In this document: in pieces, positions 38,230 through 51,510 of the stretch
Numbering within the stretch: position 1 is the stretch's first letter
How the letters are laid out: each line of letters begins with the position of its first letter
Assembly: GCA_965644265.1 (NCBI GenBank)
Contig: OZ286462.1
Location: 49,538,001 to 49,602,000, forward strand
Source of the DNA: Glycera tridactyla
Taxonomy: Eukaryota
Reading direction: 5' to 3'
Length of the DNA stretch: 64,000 bases
The notes under the pieces: generated by a model
The model's input: the letters and a program-made list of their open reading frames with translations, nothing else
Told to the model about the DNA's origin: nothing
Databases searched by the model: none
Position numbers and translations under genes: made by a program

Positions 38230-38690
38230 TGTCAAACGAAATCCATTAACCTGCCCTTGAGGCTTGGGTGTTTGTACACATGCATTTGTCATCTGGTGTT
38301 TGTCGGGACGAGACACAGTCTAATCCCTCGATATTCCTAGCAATGTGATTGTTCATGGAATACATATTGAGCTCTTGGACAATTGATTCCATTTTCAAAA
38401 CCAGAGACCCAAGAATGCGTACCTCGCACGAGAAACATTTCTCATACTCGTTGCATAGGGTTCACAGGGCTCTATGCTAAGGCATGGCCTATTGGCGCAT
38501 ACAGGCATAATAATATGGTTGGTAAAAATGGTGGGTCTATGTGAAAACACACTTCATCTTCCTGATACGAACATGAGAAAAAGTTGATATAGATCCCTGT
38601 GCCAAGAATCGTCAATAAACCGACTTCTTGAAGGGTGTACAGTTCATGGTGGAATTTATAGAATAAAGCTTATCTCTGCCAAGCAACAGG
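38230..38690 (-). pseudogene. Possible decayed HS2ST/UST-like sulfotransferase fragment
   Basis: Hand translation with frameshifts and stops gives CSYQEDEVC...NHIIMPVCANRPC...MRNVSRARYAFLGL, resembling the Cx7C..IIPYFCG..NV..F..VG segment of UST/HS2ST as recalled; no search was run. Confidence 0.3.
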
Positions 38691-39085
38691 ATGATCTGAG
38701 ACCCACCCACTGAAGTAATAATTGGTCAATCCCATAAGATTAAAGAAATCTCTAGTATGTCGAATACTCTACAACGCAGGACATTTTCCTAGGTCCTAAT
38801 TGGCCCTTGATTCTGTAATTAAATGCTATCGGCTTCCTACACGCACATGTCCCTTTGCCAAGTCAAGAAGAACGACGTCGATGACGACTTTTGAGCATTT
38901 GCCTGCAGGGTAAGTGAATTTCCAATTTGGCTCCATCAAGGGTTAGTATGGAAAAATTCATGAAAAAAAGAAAATGGCGTGAAACGACAATAGTGGTTAA
39001 ACTGGATAGATTCTTGTATTCAGAACACCGAGAATATTAGATTGACAAGACTCCTAATCTGTATGATCTGGAAGAGAATGACTTG

Positions 39086-39117
<32 letters not shown>

Positions 39118-39412
39118 TCATCGCTTGCTTGGTACTGTAGATGCGTGAACACTATTTGTCACAGTTACATCATTCGTGATGAGTCCACTGTTTGTCGTGA
39201 CTGGTGCCCAGACACTCACTATTCATCTACACAGATGCATCTCTGGCCTGGTTTCCATGACAATAGATGGCTTCAACCCGCCTGATAAATCAGCTTCCGC
39301 TTGCTAGGCAGGGAGTGAATGTGGACGTGCATTTATGCATGAATATCGCCCATGCCCTTCCCTTCTTGGGTGACTAAACTACTCTATATCGTCGTATGTG
39401 ATTTGTTTATTT

Positions 39413-39669
39413 NNNNNNNNNNNNNNNNNNNNNNNNNNNNNNNNNNNNNNNNNNNNNNNNNNNNNNNNNNNNNNNNNNNNNNNNNNNNNNNNNNNNNNNN
39501 NNNNNNNNNNNNNNNNNNNNNNNNNNNNNNNNNNNNNNNNNNNNNNNNNNNNNNNNNNNNNNNNNNNNNNNNNNNNNNNNNNNNNNNNNNNNNNNNNNNN
39601 NNNNNNNNNNNNNNNNNNNNNNNNNNNNNNNNNNNNNNNNNNNNNNNNNNNNNNNNNNNNNNNNNNNNN
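39413..39669. other. Assembly gap (N run)
   Basis: 257 N. Confidence 1.
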
Positions 39670-40959
39670 TGTGGTCATTCAACCATGATTCTAGCCAGAA
39701 CTTCAGTGAGTAATTAGGTCGATATTTTTCAGGTATTTCATCAGATTGGGTATCTGTCAAAAAGAGGTCGAACATATGTTCACGGCGCCCAAAGGTTGAC
39801 CCAGCTCTTTAGACATGATCCTCCAAGGGCTCATGGAATGGCATTGAAGCCTTAACCAAATCAAATGCTTAATTCGAAAATTGGGGAAGAAAGCCTGTGT
39901 TGGGTAAGAAATGGGTCGGGGTGGGTGCCCCGACCGGCGGGAATGCGAGGCGGGAAATTCAAGTACACACATGGCACACAGGGGCAGCTGTTCTGTCTAG
40001 TGTGTTTGGTGACCGCGCTGACCTGGGACAATTTCAGTGATATGCAGTCACGCAGTATGCTCCCTGGAATATAGGAGCTCGACTCTGCCATGCCATATCT
40101 AGTTAAAAGTGAAATGACGTCAGGCATGAACGCTTCATTGCTTTTTGTATGGCCACATCCAGTTCGATTAGGCCGCTCGTACAGAAGTTGATTTTCATCC
40201 ATACGCCTTTCCAACATGGTTAGTCTGTATGACACGGCACCTCTGTGATTGTCACTGAATATCCAGTATTATTTCAATTCAACTCAACAATATCTCAACA
40301 TTGGCCAAGTAGCTAACAGAAGGCTGTGTCTAAAGAAAGTCACATCACCGCTCAGCCCTTTCCGACACATGGAAGAGAAAGTGTGTATGAATACAGAATA
40401 GGCTATATTCTATTGGGCTTCTTATTTGACCCTGTGACTTAATCTATTTTTCTGCACATCCCCTAGTCAGTAAGCTCCCGAGTGATAACATAGGACTCCT
40501 GATAACGATATCAAACTTTGGAGACATTCTAGTTGTGGCTGTCGTGAAATCTATTTGTTTTATTATGGTCACCAAGCGTGTAACAGATGTTCATCCTGTG
40601 GGGGTGGGGTTGCTCGTATGAGGTCAGGGTAGATAATTCTGACTGAGCCGTATTGCAAAATTGAAAGGGGTTTGATGATGAAAGGAAAGCAATCATTGGA
40701 CCAATGAGAAAATAAAACAGCCTGATGCAAGGGCGATGAAGGTATGTTTGCAGAATGCGTGATGGTAAAAACAACGGAATCAAAAAGATGTCAACTATGT
40801 TTGTATAGTGTGAAATGAGCTGTTTGCTCAAGATGACCCAGAAACAATTTCAATCGACCCCGTTCATTTGACCAATCATTGTATTTCCAATGAACTGGAT
40901 AAATTCCCCTATACGGAGAAATGTTGATTGATTGATATGTTTAAATGTTTAATCGGTCG

Positions 40960-41014
40960 ATTGATTGATTGATTGATTGAGTGGGTGAGTGAGTGAGTGA
41001 CCAGCCAGCCAGCT

Positions 41015-41063
<49 letters not shown>

Positions 41064-41065
41064 AA
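40960..41065. repeat. Compound tetranucleotide microsatellite (ATTG)(GAGT)(CCAG)
   Basis: Directly visible; degenerate ATTG repeats continue at 41485-41790. Confidence 0.9.
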
Positions 41066-43442
41066 CAACTGGCCTTGATCTTGTATCTGTTTTCTTAGAC
41101 ATCCTTGCCAATATTAAATGCAAGTGAATGTTATTTACAATGTATACGTTTTGTCCATAAATGATAATAAAATGAATACTCCGTGAACTGAATTGAGTTA
41201 TTCATTTTTCCCTTGTCAATGAAAGAGCCTACGTATGCTCGACCATGAAGTTGACAATTGAGACGAATACAGGACTACATTCACGCATATAAGTGCGTTT
41301 CTTTACACGCACGCACGCATCTAATGTATTATCTTTTGCCGCATGGGATCAATCAATGGAAGTTTATCATTTAATCTGCCTTGTCGATGACCGGGAATGA
41401 AAGGGATTAGAGCGGGCGTCGGATAATCTCGTCACATTGTGGATCTCTCTGATCTGCTCCGTCTAGATTATTCCGAACCAAAAGAGATTGATTGGTTGAT
41501 TGATTAGCTGATTGATCGATTGGTTGATTGATTGGCTGTATTGATTGACTGGTTGGTTGAATGATTGATTGATTGATTGCTTGGGTGATTGCTTTGGTGA
41601 TTGAGTGATTGATAGAGTACTGATCAATGATCTGCAAGAATTAACAGACTGATCATTGCTTGGTTGATTTGACTGCTTCGCTCTGATTATTCGGAATCAA
41701 GGGATATTGATTGGCTGATTGATCGAGTACCGCTCAATGTTCTACAAGAAGAAACGGACTCATCATTGATTGATTGATTGATTGATGTTCAACGTTCCAT
41801 AATAAGAAACAGAATCATCATTCCGTCATCAAACAATGATAACAGATCTGACATATTCCCGACCCCCCTGATCATATGCTCCGAGCTCGAGGTTATAATT
41901 TTTGTGATCTCCAATGGAGATCATTATGCCGCCACCTCTCTTCACGAAATGCTTTCTAACTTCGCCGATTCTGACGCTTGAAACTGTTATCATCAACCGA
42001 TTTAGGGTCGAACCTGTGTGAAATTCATCAATCATGTAATCTAACACAATTTTAACATGATATATTGATCTGATGAACGACAATTCGAGGAAATGTAGCA
42101 ATTGCGTAATAGACATTTCTCCTTATACTCGTTTTTTTGGCCGATCGCCGAAGCACACAGATACGACCGCTCAGAGATGTATAGCTACGCACAAATAGTA
42201 AATGCCTGTCTATCAAGTTCTTTAGCCACGCCCACTTTGAAAAAGTAGTGCCTCTTGTTTGCACCTCATCACCAGGTTTCATGGAAGAATACCAAACATA
42301 CTGTTGAAACGATCATCTGTATTGATTCCTCTACATCCGTCTGACTTATCTGTATGCATAAATCTCGAAAAAAATCCATGTTTTGGTTGATATTATTGTT
42401 TGAAGGGGTGAAAAGTAGTGCTTCTTGTTCGCACCTTATTACCAGGTTTGATGGATCACTGCGCAGGTGGTCTGATTTAGCCTACTCAAGTGCAGAAAAT
42501 GGACCTAAAACCTTAACATTTCATTTCATTTCTCACTGCGCCAATTTATGAATGAAGTTGTAGATAGTGTGTGTGAAATGAGCCAATCAGAAAGCAGCAC
42601 TCGCACGAATGACGGCGATTCGATGAATGTTTCAGTTTGTGATGGAACATGGCCATAAGACAATTCCACGTGTGGCTCACTCATGACTCGCACCAGGAGA
42701 ACTGCTACCCCAAATTCCTGAAGGAGGGACTGTCATTATCCCCCAATCCCCACCGGAGATCACTCAGCGCAGCTTTGCGCTCTTGTTCAACTTTCTTGAC
42801 GATCTATCCATTGTTGGACATCAGCAATACTACCAAGATGCATCTAAAGGGAACATACCACCGAGCTTGACCACTCCAATGAAATATCAAGGGTTGTTTG
42901 GTACTGATATAACATAACGTCAGTGCCATAAGTGCTATATTGTGAAGCCTATACTTTGAGCATAGGTGGGATCATCCAAGACTCCTCCTTCTGGGATCCC
43001 AGTGGCAGATGAAACTGTATTAAATTCAGACACTCAGGACATCAAGGGCAATGTTCTTGCTGAGGCTGTGGGCAACAGCTCGTCACAAAACGTACATCAT
43101 AAAACCAACCCAATGGGTGGGAATCAAAGAAATTCACCGATGAGTGGTCAAGACGTCTCAATATCATGGTGGCAGAAATAATGAGGCAATTAAATTTAAC
43201 ATGAGATATAATACAATCTTAAGTAGTGTCATTCAGCCTATTATATCATAGTAATCATTCAACAAAACCTCGTAAGCATTATAGTTTGATCATAGGTCTG
43301 AAATCCCCAGGGGATGAGAAGAATAGTGGTATTCTCAATTACGTGTCTGCTGGAGATTTTACTTCAAAGTTAGCATGCACAGCGGTTGTCTTCTGGTCGC
43401 GCATCTCTATCCACATTTCATTGCTGCGTTCTTTCTCACCTT

Positions 43443-43739
43443 NNNNNNNNNNNNNNNNNNNNNNNNNNNNNNNNNNNNNNNNNNNNNNNNNNNNNNNNNN
43501 NNNNNNNNNNNNNNNNNNNNNNNNNNNNNNNNNNNNNNNNNNNNNNNNNNNNNNNNNNNNNNNNNNNNNNNNNNNNNNNNNNNNNNNNNNNNNNNNNNNN
43601 NNNNNNNNNNNNNNNNNNNNNNNNNNNNNNNNNNNNNNNNNNNNNNNNNNNNNNNNNNNNNNNNNNNNNNNNNNNNNNNNNNNNNNNNNNNNNNNNNNNN
43701 NNNNNNNNNNNNNNNNNNNNNNNNNNNNNNNNNNNNNNN
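43443..43739. other. Assembly gap (N run)
   Basis: 297 N. Confidence 1.
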
Positions 43740-44112
43740 AGTGAATCATTAGTCAGACCATCACCAAATTCATGGAATTTTCCAGGACGTTCAAAGGTCC
43801 CAAGTGCCATTTCAAGACCCTGTCAATGACGTGTGATATGAAGAATATGAATCCACTGTGAACCTGATACCATATCAATCAATCAATCAATCAATCATTG
43901 AATGTGGCAAAGCCATAGTCTGTGCACTCGTGATGTGTTTCAATGGATATTCTAAAACCATGGACCTTTCGAGGACTTTTCAAGTCATCATCATTTGCAA
44001 GGACTTTTTAAGGCCGGGGTAATTTTCAAGGACGTTTCAAATGAACCCTGGGCATGATGCACGGGCACCAGGTCCATGGAATGCGATAAATGACTATCTT
44101 GGGTGAGGGAAT

Positions 44113-44335
44113 GATTGGTTGATTGTGGTTTAACTTCACATCAGCGTCATGTGTACTATATTGTGACGCCCATTTGCAATGGGGATGGGTGAGGTCATCC
44201 ATGACTCCTCCTCCAGGCTCCCGATCGGAAGGTGAAAATGCATGAAATTAACAGTTCAATGCGTTTTTTTTTATATTAGGCGAGGGGTTGAACCCACGAT
44301 TTCTGAGTAATGCACACACCGCCAACAATCCATTC
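44113..44335 (-). mobile_element. tRNA-derived SINE, near full-length copy
   Basis: Minus-strand B box GGTTCAACCC (44285-44294), shared body CGTCACAATATAG and (CAAT/CAAC) tail; truncated relatives near 21160-21310, 42915-43020, 46030-46140, 51515-51670, 51915-51985 and 52775-52880. Confidence 0.6.
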
Positions 44336-45124
44336 CCACACATACATATGTACATACTGATATGTGACTGTAATAAAACGGGATGATTCATTTCCATATT
44401 GTTAAATAAAACTTATGGGGTCTTTCGAAGGTTCACGGTTATAAAATCAATGGGGGCGGCAGCTCTATTTAATGTCTAATACGTCTATTGAGTGTATGCC
44501 ACCCAAGTGGTGTTCATGGGACGTCTCCGACATCAACAGAACGTTGTCGGGATGTCAGGTATTAGCTGATCACCCGCATGTGAGGGGCTCACCCACACGC
44601 GCCACAGGGACGGTGCAATCGTTTTCTTCACCCTGTCTTGCCCTCATGGGAGTTGCTCACACCCCACCGCGTTGCTGCACACACCTTTGCGACGCATTCT
44701 CAATTGGCAATCCGCGCCCCGTACATGTTTAACATGATGTAATCTTTATCAACATTGATTTGTTGATTGCAATTGTTCAGTTCGTCGCTTTATTTGACAA
44801 CTTTCAAGTAATGCATTTCAATGACTCCACTCCAATGGCTATCATATCGGTCGTCTGATTCTGGAAACTCAACTCTCCCCTGACGCCACCTGTCACTCCC
44901 AAAAACTCCAGTCAACACCCTGGATGCCCCCCTAATAAACTGGCTGAAGATGCTGTCTCAGCTTTAGCCATACATTGCATGATTTAGTTTTTGGCAATCA
45001 ATAAATGGCATTCAGATTATGCACATCGGAAATATGTGCTTGGTGTAGTGTGTGAATCGCAAAATCTCCAGTTTTTTACCACACCCCTATCACTGATAGT
45101 TAAAGGGAACTGTATTTAAGAATA

Positions 45125-45300
45125 CGGTCGAACCTGTCTACGAAGGTCACCTTCGGTCCCAACAAGGAGTGACCTTTGTATGCAGGTGGTATATGTAGAG
45201 ATCTTTTACTGTTGAAAATACTATCATGGTTGCATTGCGGGGTGGCCTCTGTAGGCATGTGGCCTTTGTGAAGAGGTGGTCTCTCGAGCAGGTTCCACTG
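45125..45300. mobile_element. MITE family A, diverged copy
   Basis: CGGTCGAACC...GGTTCCACTG with TA flanks, 176 bp. Confidence 0.75.
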
Positions 45301-47699
45301 TATTTGTGGAGGTACAGATGACTTTCTTCAGACCTAGCTCCAAGCCATGGTAATTTGATTATTATATTAATGTTTCTTTAAAGTATATTTATGTTGTGAA
45401 CGAATGTACTTCCTCAAGAAATGTCCGATCAAAGAACAAGCATTCCATAAATTTACACAAAAATAACTTATCATGCTGGAAAGTCAACAAAGTAAATGAT
45501 ATTTGCTTGCTCGCAGTTGTTTTTGAAAATACCAGCTCAATCACAGGATATATCCAATCGATGAACAAACACCCCAGATCACCAGTGGAAAATTATGTCA
45601 CAATGAAAGGTCCAGAGAAAACTTGACATTTGTTTGCTCATAATGGATGCAGTGGGGTTATACAGGGACAGCAATACCCAATTGATGGAGATAATTATGG
45701 AGGTCATGGTAATTATCTAAGTCACGTGAACGACTAATGAAGCTGTTGTCTTACCCGACAGCTTCCCAAAATTACCTGAAGTTTGTTCGTTAGAGTCTAA
45801 TCGTATGTAATGAAATGACCAGCAGGTAGTTGGTCCAAACGCTTAAACCAGGGACGCGACATTAGATTTGTGTGGATAGACGGACTGAGTAGGGTGATAT
45901 ATGCAAAAGCACACAGCGAGTGGTAGGTAGGTTACCTTGCATGGGAACCTAATGCACAGACATATACACTTAATGTACCGACATATACAAATTAAGGTAA
46001 ACCCAATGTACATGACTATTAATAGTGGTTTGTTGGTTGATTGTTTAAGGCGCCATGAGCACCAGGTGAGCTATATTGAGAAGCCCATACCATGGGCATG
46101 GGTGGCATCATTCAAGACTGCTACTTCTGAATCTCCAACGAAGATTGATAATTCCTGAAATTCGCAGAATCCCAAGGTGACATAATTTGCCCCCAAAGTG
46201 ATCCATTGAGTTTTCTAGATTTCTCTTTCATTCAATTATTACACACCATCATCATAGGCAGGATAGACTCTTCCATAATAGCAATTCAGCCTCACATCAC
46301 ACGCAGCTGGTGAACTTTCTCAGATTAATGAATAGTCGAATGGGCGAAGTATCTAATATTCACTCCACATTTTGGAGCACTGATAACACAGATAAGAGAA
46401 ACACTCAAATTCCGGTACCAAGATCAACTATCTTATTGCCGTTGTTTGTCTATAACCGCAGCTGTTTTTGTTTTTCGATTGAGTAATGCTATACGTCTCT
46501 GAACCCCATGCTGGGTTATATGATCACTACTCTTGTGATGCACCTGCGAACTAATCTGCTCACTGAGACAAATGTCTCACATGCCCCCCTCCCCCTCCCC
46601 CATAATCGAATAATCATAGACCGGGGTTTAGGCCCGGTACCCCCATGAACCATGCAGAGATGTGGCGCCGTGTGATGGCTGATCAGCTGATTAACCCGAC
46701 TGGATGACTGACAAGTCGACATATTCACTGTCTGAGTAATTACTTGATTGATTGATTGGCTGATGTTGAGCACGGATATTTCCGGTCATCGTATGTTTTC
46801 TTCATGCTAATCTGAGCGCAAAGTGGAACCGACACGAAACAAAACCACGCACCAGTTAATTATAGCTGTTTGAAGTTTGCCCCAAATTGACGATTATTTT
46901 TAAGGATGCCTGCTTTGCGGGCAGCCTTCTTCTTACCACTCTCGTTTGGGACTGCAGTTTAGATGACAAAAAATGGAACATATTTTAGCAGTTTTTTGGG
47001 GCAGCCAATTGATGGTGATAAACTGCTTTGATTCCTCTGGAATCTTGTAGGGTTGTTATAAAGGCCTGTCTGCTTCGTATGGTTGACTTGGAAAGCTCTT
47101 CATGGGTCTACTTTTCATGACAATGGCTCCCACTTCAGGAGATTTCTTGCCAGCTCAAGATCAATGTTGGTTGTGCTCCAGGTTTGATACTGCTAATGAT
47201 ATGGATAAACTCTACTTTTTCTTGTTCATTTCTAACTGAAGTTTCAATGCATATTATGACTATACATTGAATCATTTTAATCTATGAAGCCAATCAAGCG
47301 TTTGATTGCATGGTTTGTTGATTGATAGGTGAAATCTACATGTTCAATGGTTATGTTTCGAGAGTAAGAAGCAGCCCATGGTCTGGGTGGATGAGCCAGA
47401 TGAAGTCGTCTGCTTGAAACAGACGACTGGGGGGAAGCAAAGATCTTGGTTAAGGATCGTTCAGGTTGTCAGTCTACTAAGATATATGTTACCGGGCATC
47501 CTTCTTTTGGCCTTCAGGCCTAGTTTTCTCTCTCCAAAATTGGTGAAGCAATATCTGAAAATGACTCAAGACCGTCAACAGTTCCGGCATCGCGTCGCTG
47601 ACTGGTTTTTTTTTTCAGCGCCTGCCTACTATAATTCAACGCAAATTCTCAAACTCAAACAACTTTATTTAGTTTCGTAAATCGAAAAAAGAAATGGAA

Positions 47700-48020
47700 A
47701 TGATAATTATCAATTCCTCCTCCCGTCCTGCCCCTCCACTCATCTTCGTCATCGCCATCACACCCCTCCCCACTTTGTACTCCCACTCCTCCTCCTCCTA
47801 CCCCTCTCTTCGTCTCTTTCCACCACCAACATCATCATCATCATCATCGTCGTCGTCGTCGTCGCCCCCGATTCTCCTCCTGTTCCCTTCCCTCCTAATC
47901 ATCACTGTCCTCCTCCTCCCTCCTTCACCCTCCTCTCCTCCTCATTCTCATCCCCTCCCCTCTCCCCCTCCTCCTCCCCCCTGGTCATACTAGCCCCGCA
48001 TCATCACCACCACGACCTCC
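47700..48020. repeat. Pyrimidine-rich low-complexity tract (CCT/TCA/TCG)
   Basis: Directly visible. Confidence 0.85.
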
Positions 48021-48059
48021 AGTCGCTGACAGGATGTGAACATTCATGAATTTTCCAGA

Positions 48060-48660
48060 CACCTCAGGTGTTATCTCGACTGAGCTGGGTGTAGATACAT
48101 ATCATCGGTCACATAAAGAATCCGAATCAAGAAGGTGTCGGAGCTGATACGATATTCATGTATGCAAGTGCCCGCCAAAACCGCTGAATGTCTGAGGGCC
48201 TCCGAAACAACCTGTACGTCATCGGGCCATAACATATTATCAAAACCGGCACCAGCAGTATGCTACGAGAAGAATATCAGGGCACCCGATATAGTTGCTA
48301 TATGAGGCGTCATAAACGTCGATCTACCAATACCACATCAGGGGCTATCACTCGATAGTCAGTTGGTGGCATATTGATGTTTCTTCGCGAAATCCGTCAA
48401 GTGTACAGCAGGGACGACATGCGGAATATTTAATATGTCTTCATGAGATATTTTTGAATTATCTTCGCCTGGTGTGAATAGATTGATACCCACAAACGCC
48501 GTTTGATTTTGTAGGTACGTCTAGATATTTTTGGCTTCGATGCATGATGGGACGGCTTTTCTAGATGACTTTTTTGAATGATTCCAATTTCCTTGACAAC
48601 CCCAAAGAAGGAGCCCGTTGTGATGGAGATGTCTAACCCTTTCTATCCTGCATCCATATT
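48060..48660 (-). pseudogene. Possible decayed HS2ST/UST-like sulfotransferase
   Basis: One minus frame reads YLQNQTAFV...VHLTDFAKK, compared with human HS2ST1 LQDQVRFV...SYLDFAK (recalled from memory); several in-frame stops. Confidence 0.4.
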
Positions 48661-50039
48661 ATTCAATGTAGTTGTTTAATTAATTCACCCCCAACACGAT
48701 TCAGCTGCGAACTCGCTACAGGGCCACAAAATGAGAGGTACTTCTTTTCGATATTTCAGAATTTGTTGAAATGAAAATTACTCTTGCGAGTCTCCTGATT
48801 TGACCCAAAGCGCTATCTTCTGAAGACAATTCTGTAGCACATGGACATGAAATGTTTCAGGATGGCCTGAAGCATTCACTGTCTTCATTACAAGTGGAAG
48901 GTCATCTCCTGGCCCGAGGTGCAAGTACCGGGGCAATAATATATAGAGACTACAGTTGAACCCAGTAGAGAGACCAAACATGCTTTAATAAGACCACTTC
49001 GTGGCGACAGTTTTTAGCGGTCATTTTTCATCCATAGTCATGAATGGTGAATGTAGCTGATATCGCCCTAACCATGAGACTGAGGGTAGAGTCAAAACTC
49101 CATGCTTGGTACAGGTCAGTTATAGTGAGAAGTACTCTGTTTGGGTGTACATAAACCTTTTGTTCAGTAAAGGTTCTACTGCATGACATTGGTTCCGGGG
49201 ACTGTACTACCTAGTTTTCTCCGTAATCTGTTAGGAATGGACAGCCAGTTTCAATGCAGTGATTGCCACTATGGTAAAATAATCTATTCTATCAACACAT
49301 AAGGTTGCATCGATATTATGTACTATTAGGGATAACCTTTCAAGGGGTAGATGACAATGATGCAGGTCGGTGTTTGATTGGTCACTCATTGCATCATTTT
49401 CCGGTGTATTTTGATACTTAACAAAACATCCGGATTTTGGGGGTTTCGCCGTTCAGTGATTGATAGAAAGGCACACTCCTTTTTTGAGGAGGGGGGGGGG
49501 GGGATATTGCAAGTGGTTTGTTGGGACAGTCTTACAATGAGCATGGGGACAAGGAGTCCATATTCACGAATTTTCAAAATTTTCTATGGTTTTCAACTGG
49601 CGAGGTCAGTTGGACATAATGCACGTTGAGGCAAAATGGAAGCATGTGGGAAAGATGAATAGTTGTTTGGGGTTTTACGGTATGCACCGACTCAAAGGAT
49701 AATGGGTTGTTTCTGGTCTAAGAAAGCCATATTATCTGTTCCCTATAAGCATCACTCTCACAAACATTGAACACAAGATGGTGGGGGCGCAGGAATATTG
49801 CTAAGTGGAAGTTGCTGACAGTTCAGACACACACCCTGCATACCTCACATGAGCCTACCGAAATATGTAGCTGACTTCAAGCTGACACCCAACTTTGATA
49901 GCAATGCTTTCATTCAAGTCATGTTACGTTAGAGTATTTAAAACTAGATAATGCATCAGGTTCAGATAATTTTCAAGCAACAGCCCAGGACACACATGTG
50001 GAGGCATGCATTGGATTCAGGTGAGGTCTGGCTTTGACT

Positions 50040-50440
50040 CACATGTGAGTGCAGGATGGAGCTCACGCATGACCGTGTCAAAGGCAGAATGGCTCACGCG
50101 CCAAGGCAGACTCAGGCTCACCTGTCAAGGCAGACTCAGGCTCACATGTCAAGGCAGACTCAGGCTCACGAGTCGGGCCAGAATGGCTCATGTGTGAAGG
50201 CAGACTCGGCTCATGTGTCAAGGCAGAATGGCTCATGCGCCAAGGCAGACTCAGGCTCACCTGTCAAGGCAGACTCAGGCTCACATGTCAAGGCAAGCTC
50301 GGGCTCACCTGTCGAGGCAGACTCAGGCTCACCTGTCAAGGCAGGCTCGGGCTCAGATGTCAAGGCAGACTCAGGCTCACGTGTCAGGGCAGAATGGCTC
50401 ACGTAATGGAGGCAGACTCGGGCTCACGTGTCATCTGCGA
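50040..50440 (+). repeat. 22/24-bp minisatellite (CAAGGCAGACTCAGGCTCACCTGT)
   Basis: About 15 units; source of the spurious repetitive ORFs in the track. Confidence 0.9.
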
Positions 50441-51419
50441 GCCTGGGGACTAAGACTCATATTTTTGCAGTGATTCAAGTAATTCAGGGATATTGCTCGA
50501 GCATACTCAGGGAGGCTTGAAAGTAACCTTTCATACATTTCAAACTTTTATACTTGAATTAACATAGGAGTATATTCTAGACCCAGATACGACCCAGACC
50601 ACACCCAGCATCACCCAAAATGACCATGATTTCAGTCAATGAGCCTCCCAAATCAGTAAAACTGTATTATCTATAATTCCATCTGCGGTTATTACAATTC
50701 ACATGCCCATGGCAACATCACAGATACTAAAACTACGGCGTTTTTGCGTGAAATACGAGATAATACAAAATAAGACCCAGGTAACAATCCATTTGTAAGA
50801 TTGTTTGTTTCAAAGAGACCGAAGTTTCTGTGGGAATCCGAATGAGATGAATTGACTATAGGTCATCCGTGACAGTCAGGAAGGTCAACAAACTGGTCAC
50901 TTTCATGGCGGGTAGAATTGGCGGTCCTTGCTGTGAAGGACGGCGCCGAAAGCCCTTGTTGGGCAACCCTCTCATACGCACATCTGCAAATAATTACCCA
51001 CAGATATCGCACCTTTTCACTGAAAAATTCACTTACCCGTCTTTTCTAGCCGGAATATATCTAGAATAAGTTTACGAATTATAGGCTATGCAATCCATTC
51101 GCGTACCTCGAGGAAAAATGATGACTTAAAATGGGTATACAGTGGAGGGTGGACTGTTGGCGTGGGGAGAAAAGGGTTGTTGGGGCAAAGATTTTATATC
51201 GGCGCGCAATACTTTATATGGTTGATAGACGCTATACAATATGCCTACATCCCCACTTAGACCGCCCCACCCGACCACCAAGCCAATACCTGATGGTTCT
51301 AATGTCATAGTCTAGTCTATAATTATCCGCTGGTTCCAAGGGAAATACACCGTGATACTATCATGACAGGCTGCGTGTACCCACGCGCACGCGTTTGTTT
51401 GGTTACATATCAGGGTTTG

Positions 51420-51510
51420 GTGATGATGGTGGTGGTGATGATAACGATAATGTTGTTGTTGATGATGATGATGATGATGATGATGATGCTGACGACGATG
51501 ATGATGATGG
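51420..51510. repeat. (GAT)n-rich trinucleotide repeat
   Basis: Directly visible. Confidence 0.9.

Noticed and set aside
41780-47650. Further sulfotransferase fragments (KNLIDRHLLFV near 42200, APKCG near 46370, AKRRM near 47500)
   Set aside because: The matches are too short and isolated to distinguish from chance.
47694-47993. Pro/Ser-rich ORF (also the Met-rich ORF 51363-51821 and ORF 4678-5052)
   Set aside because: Translations of simple repeats.
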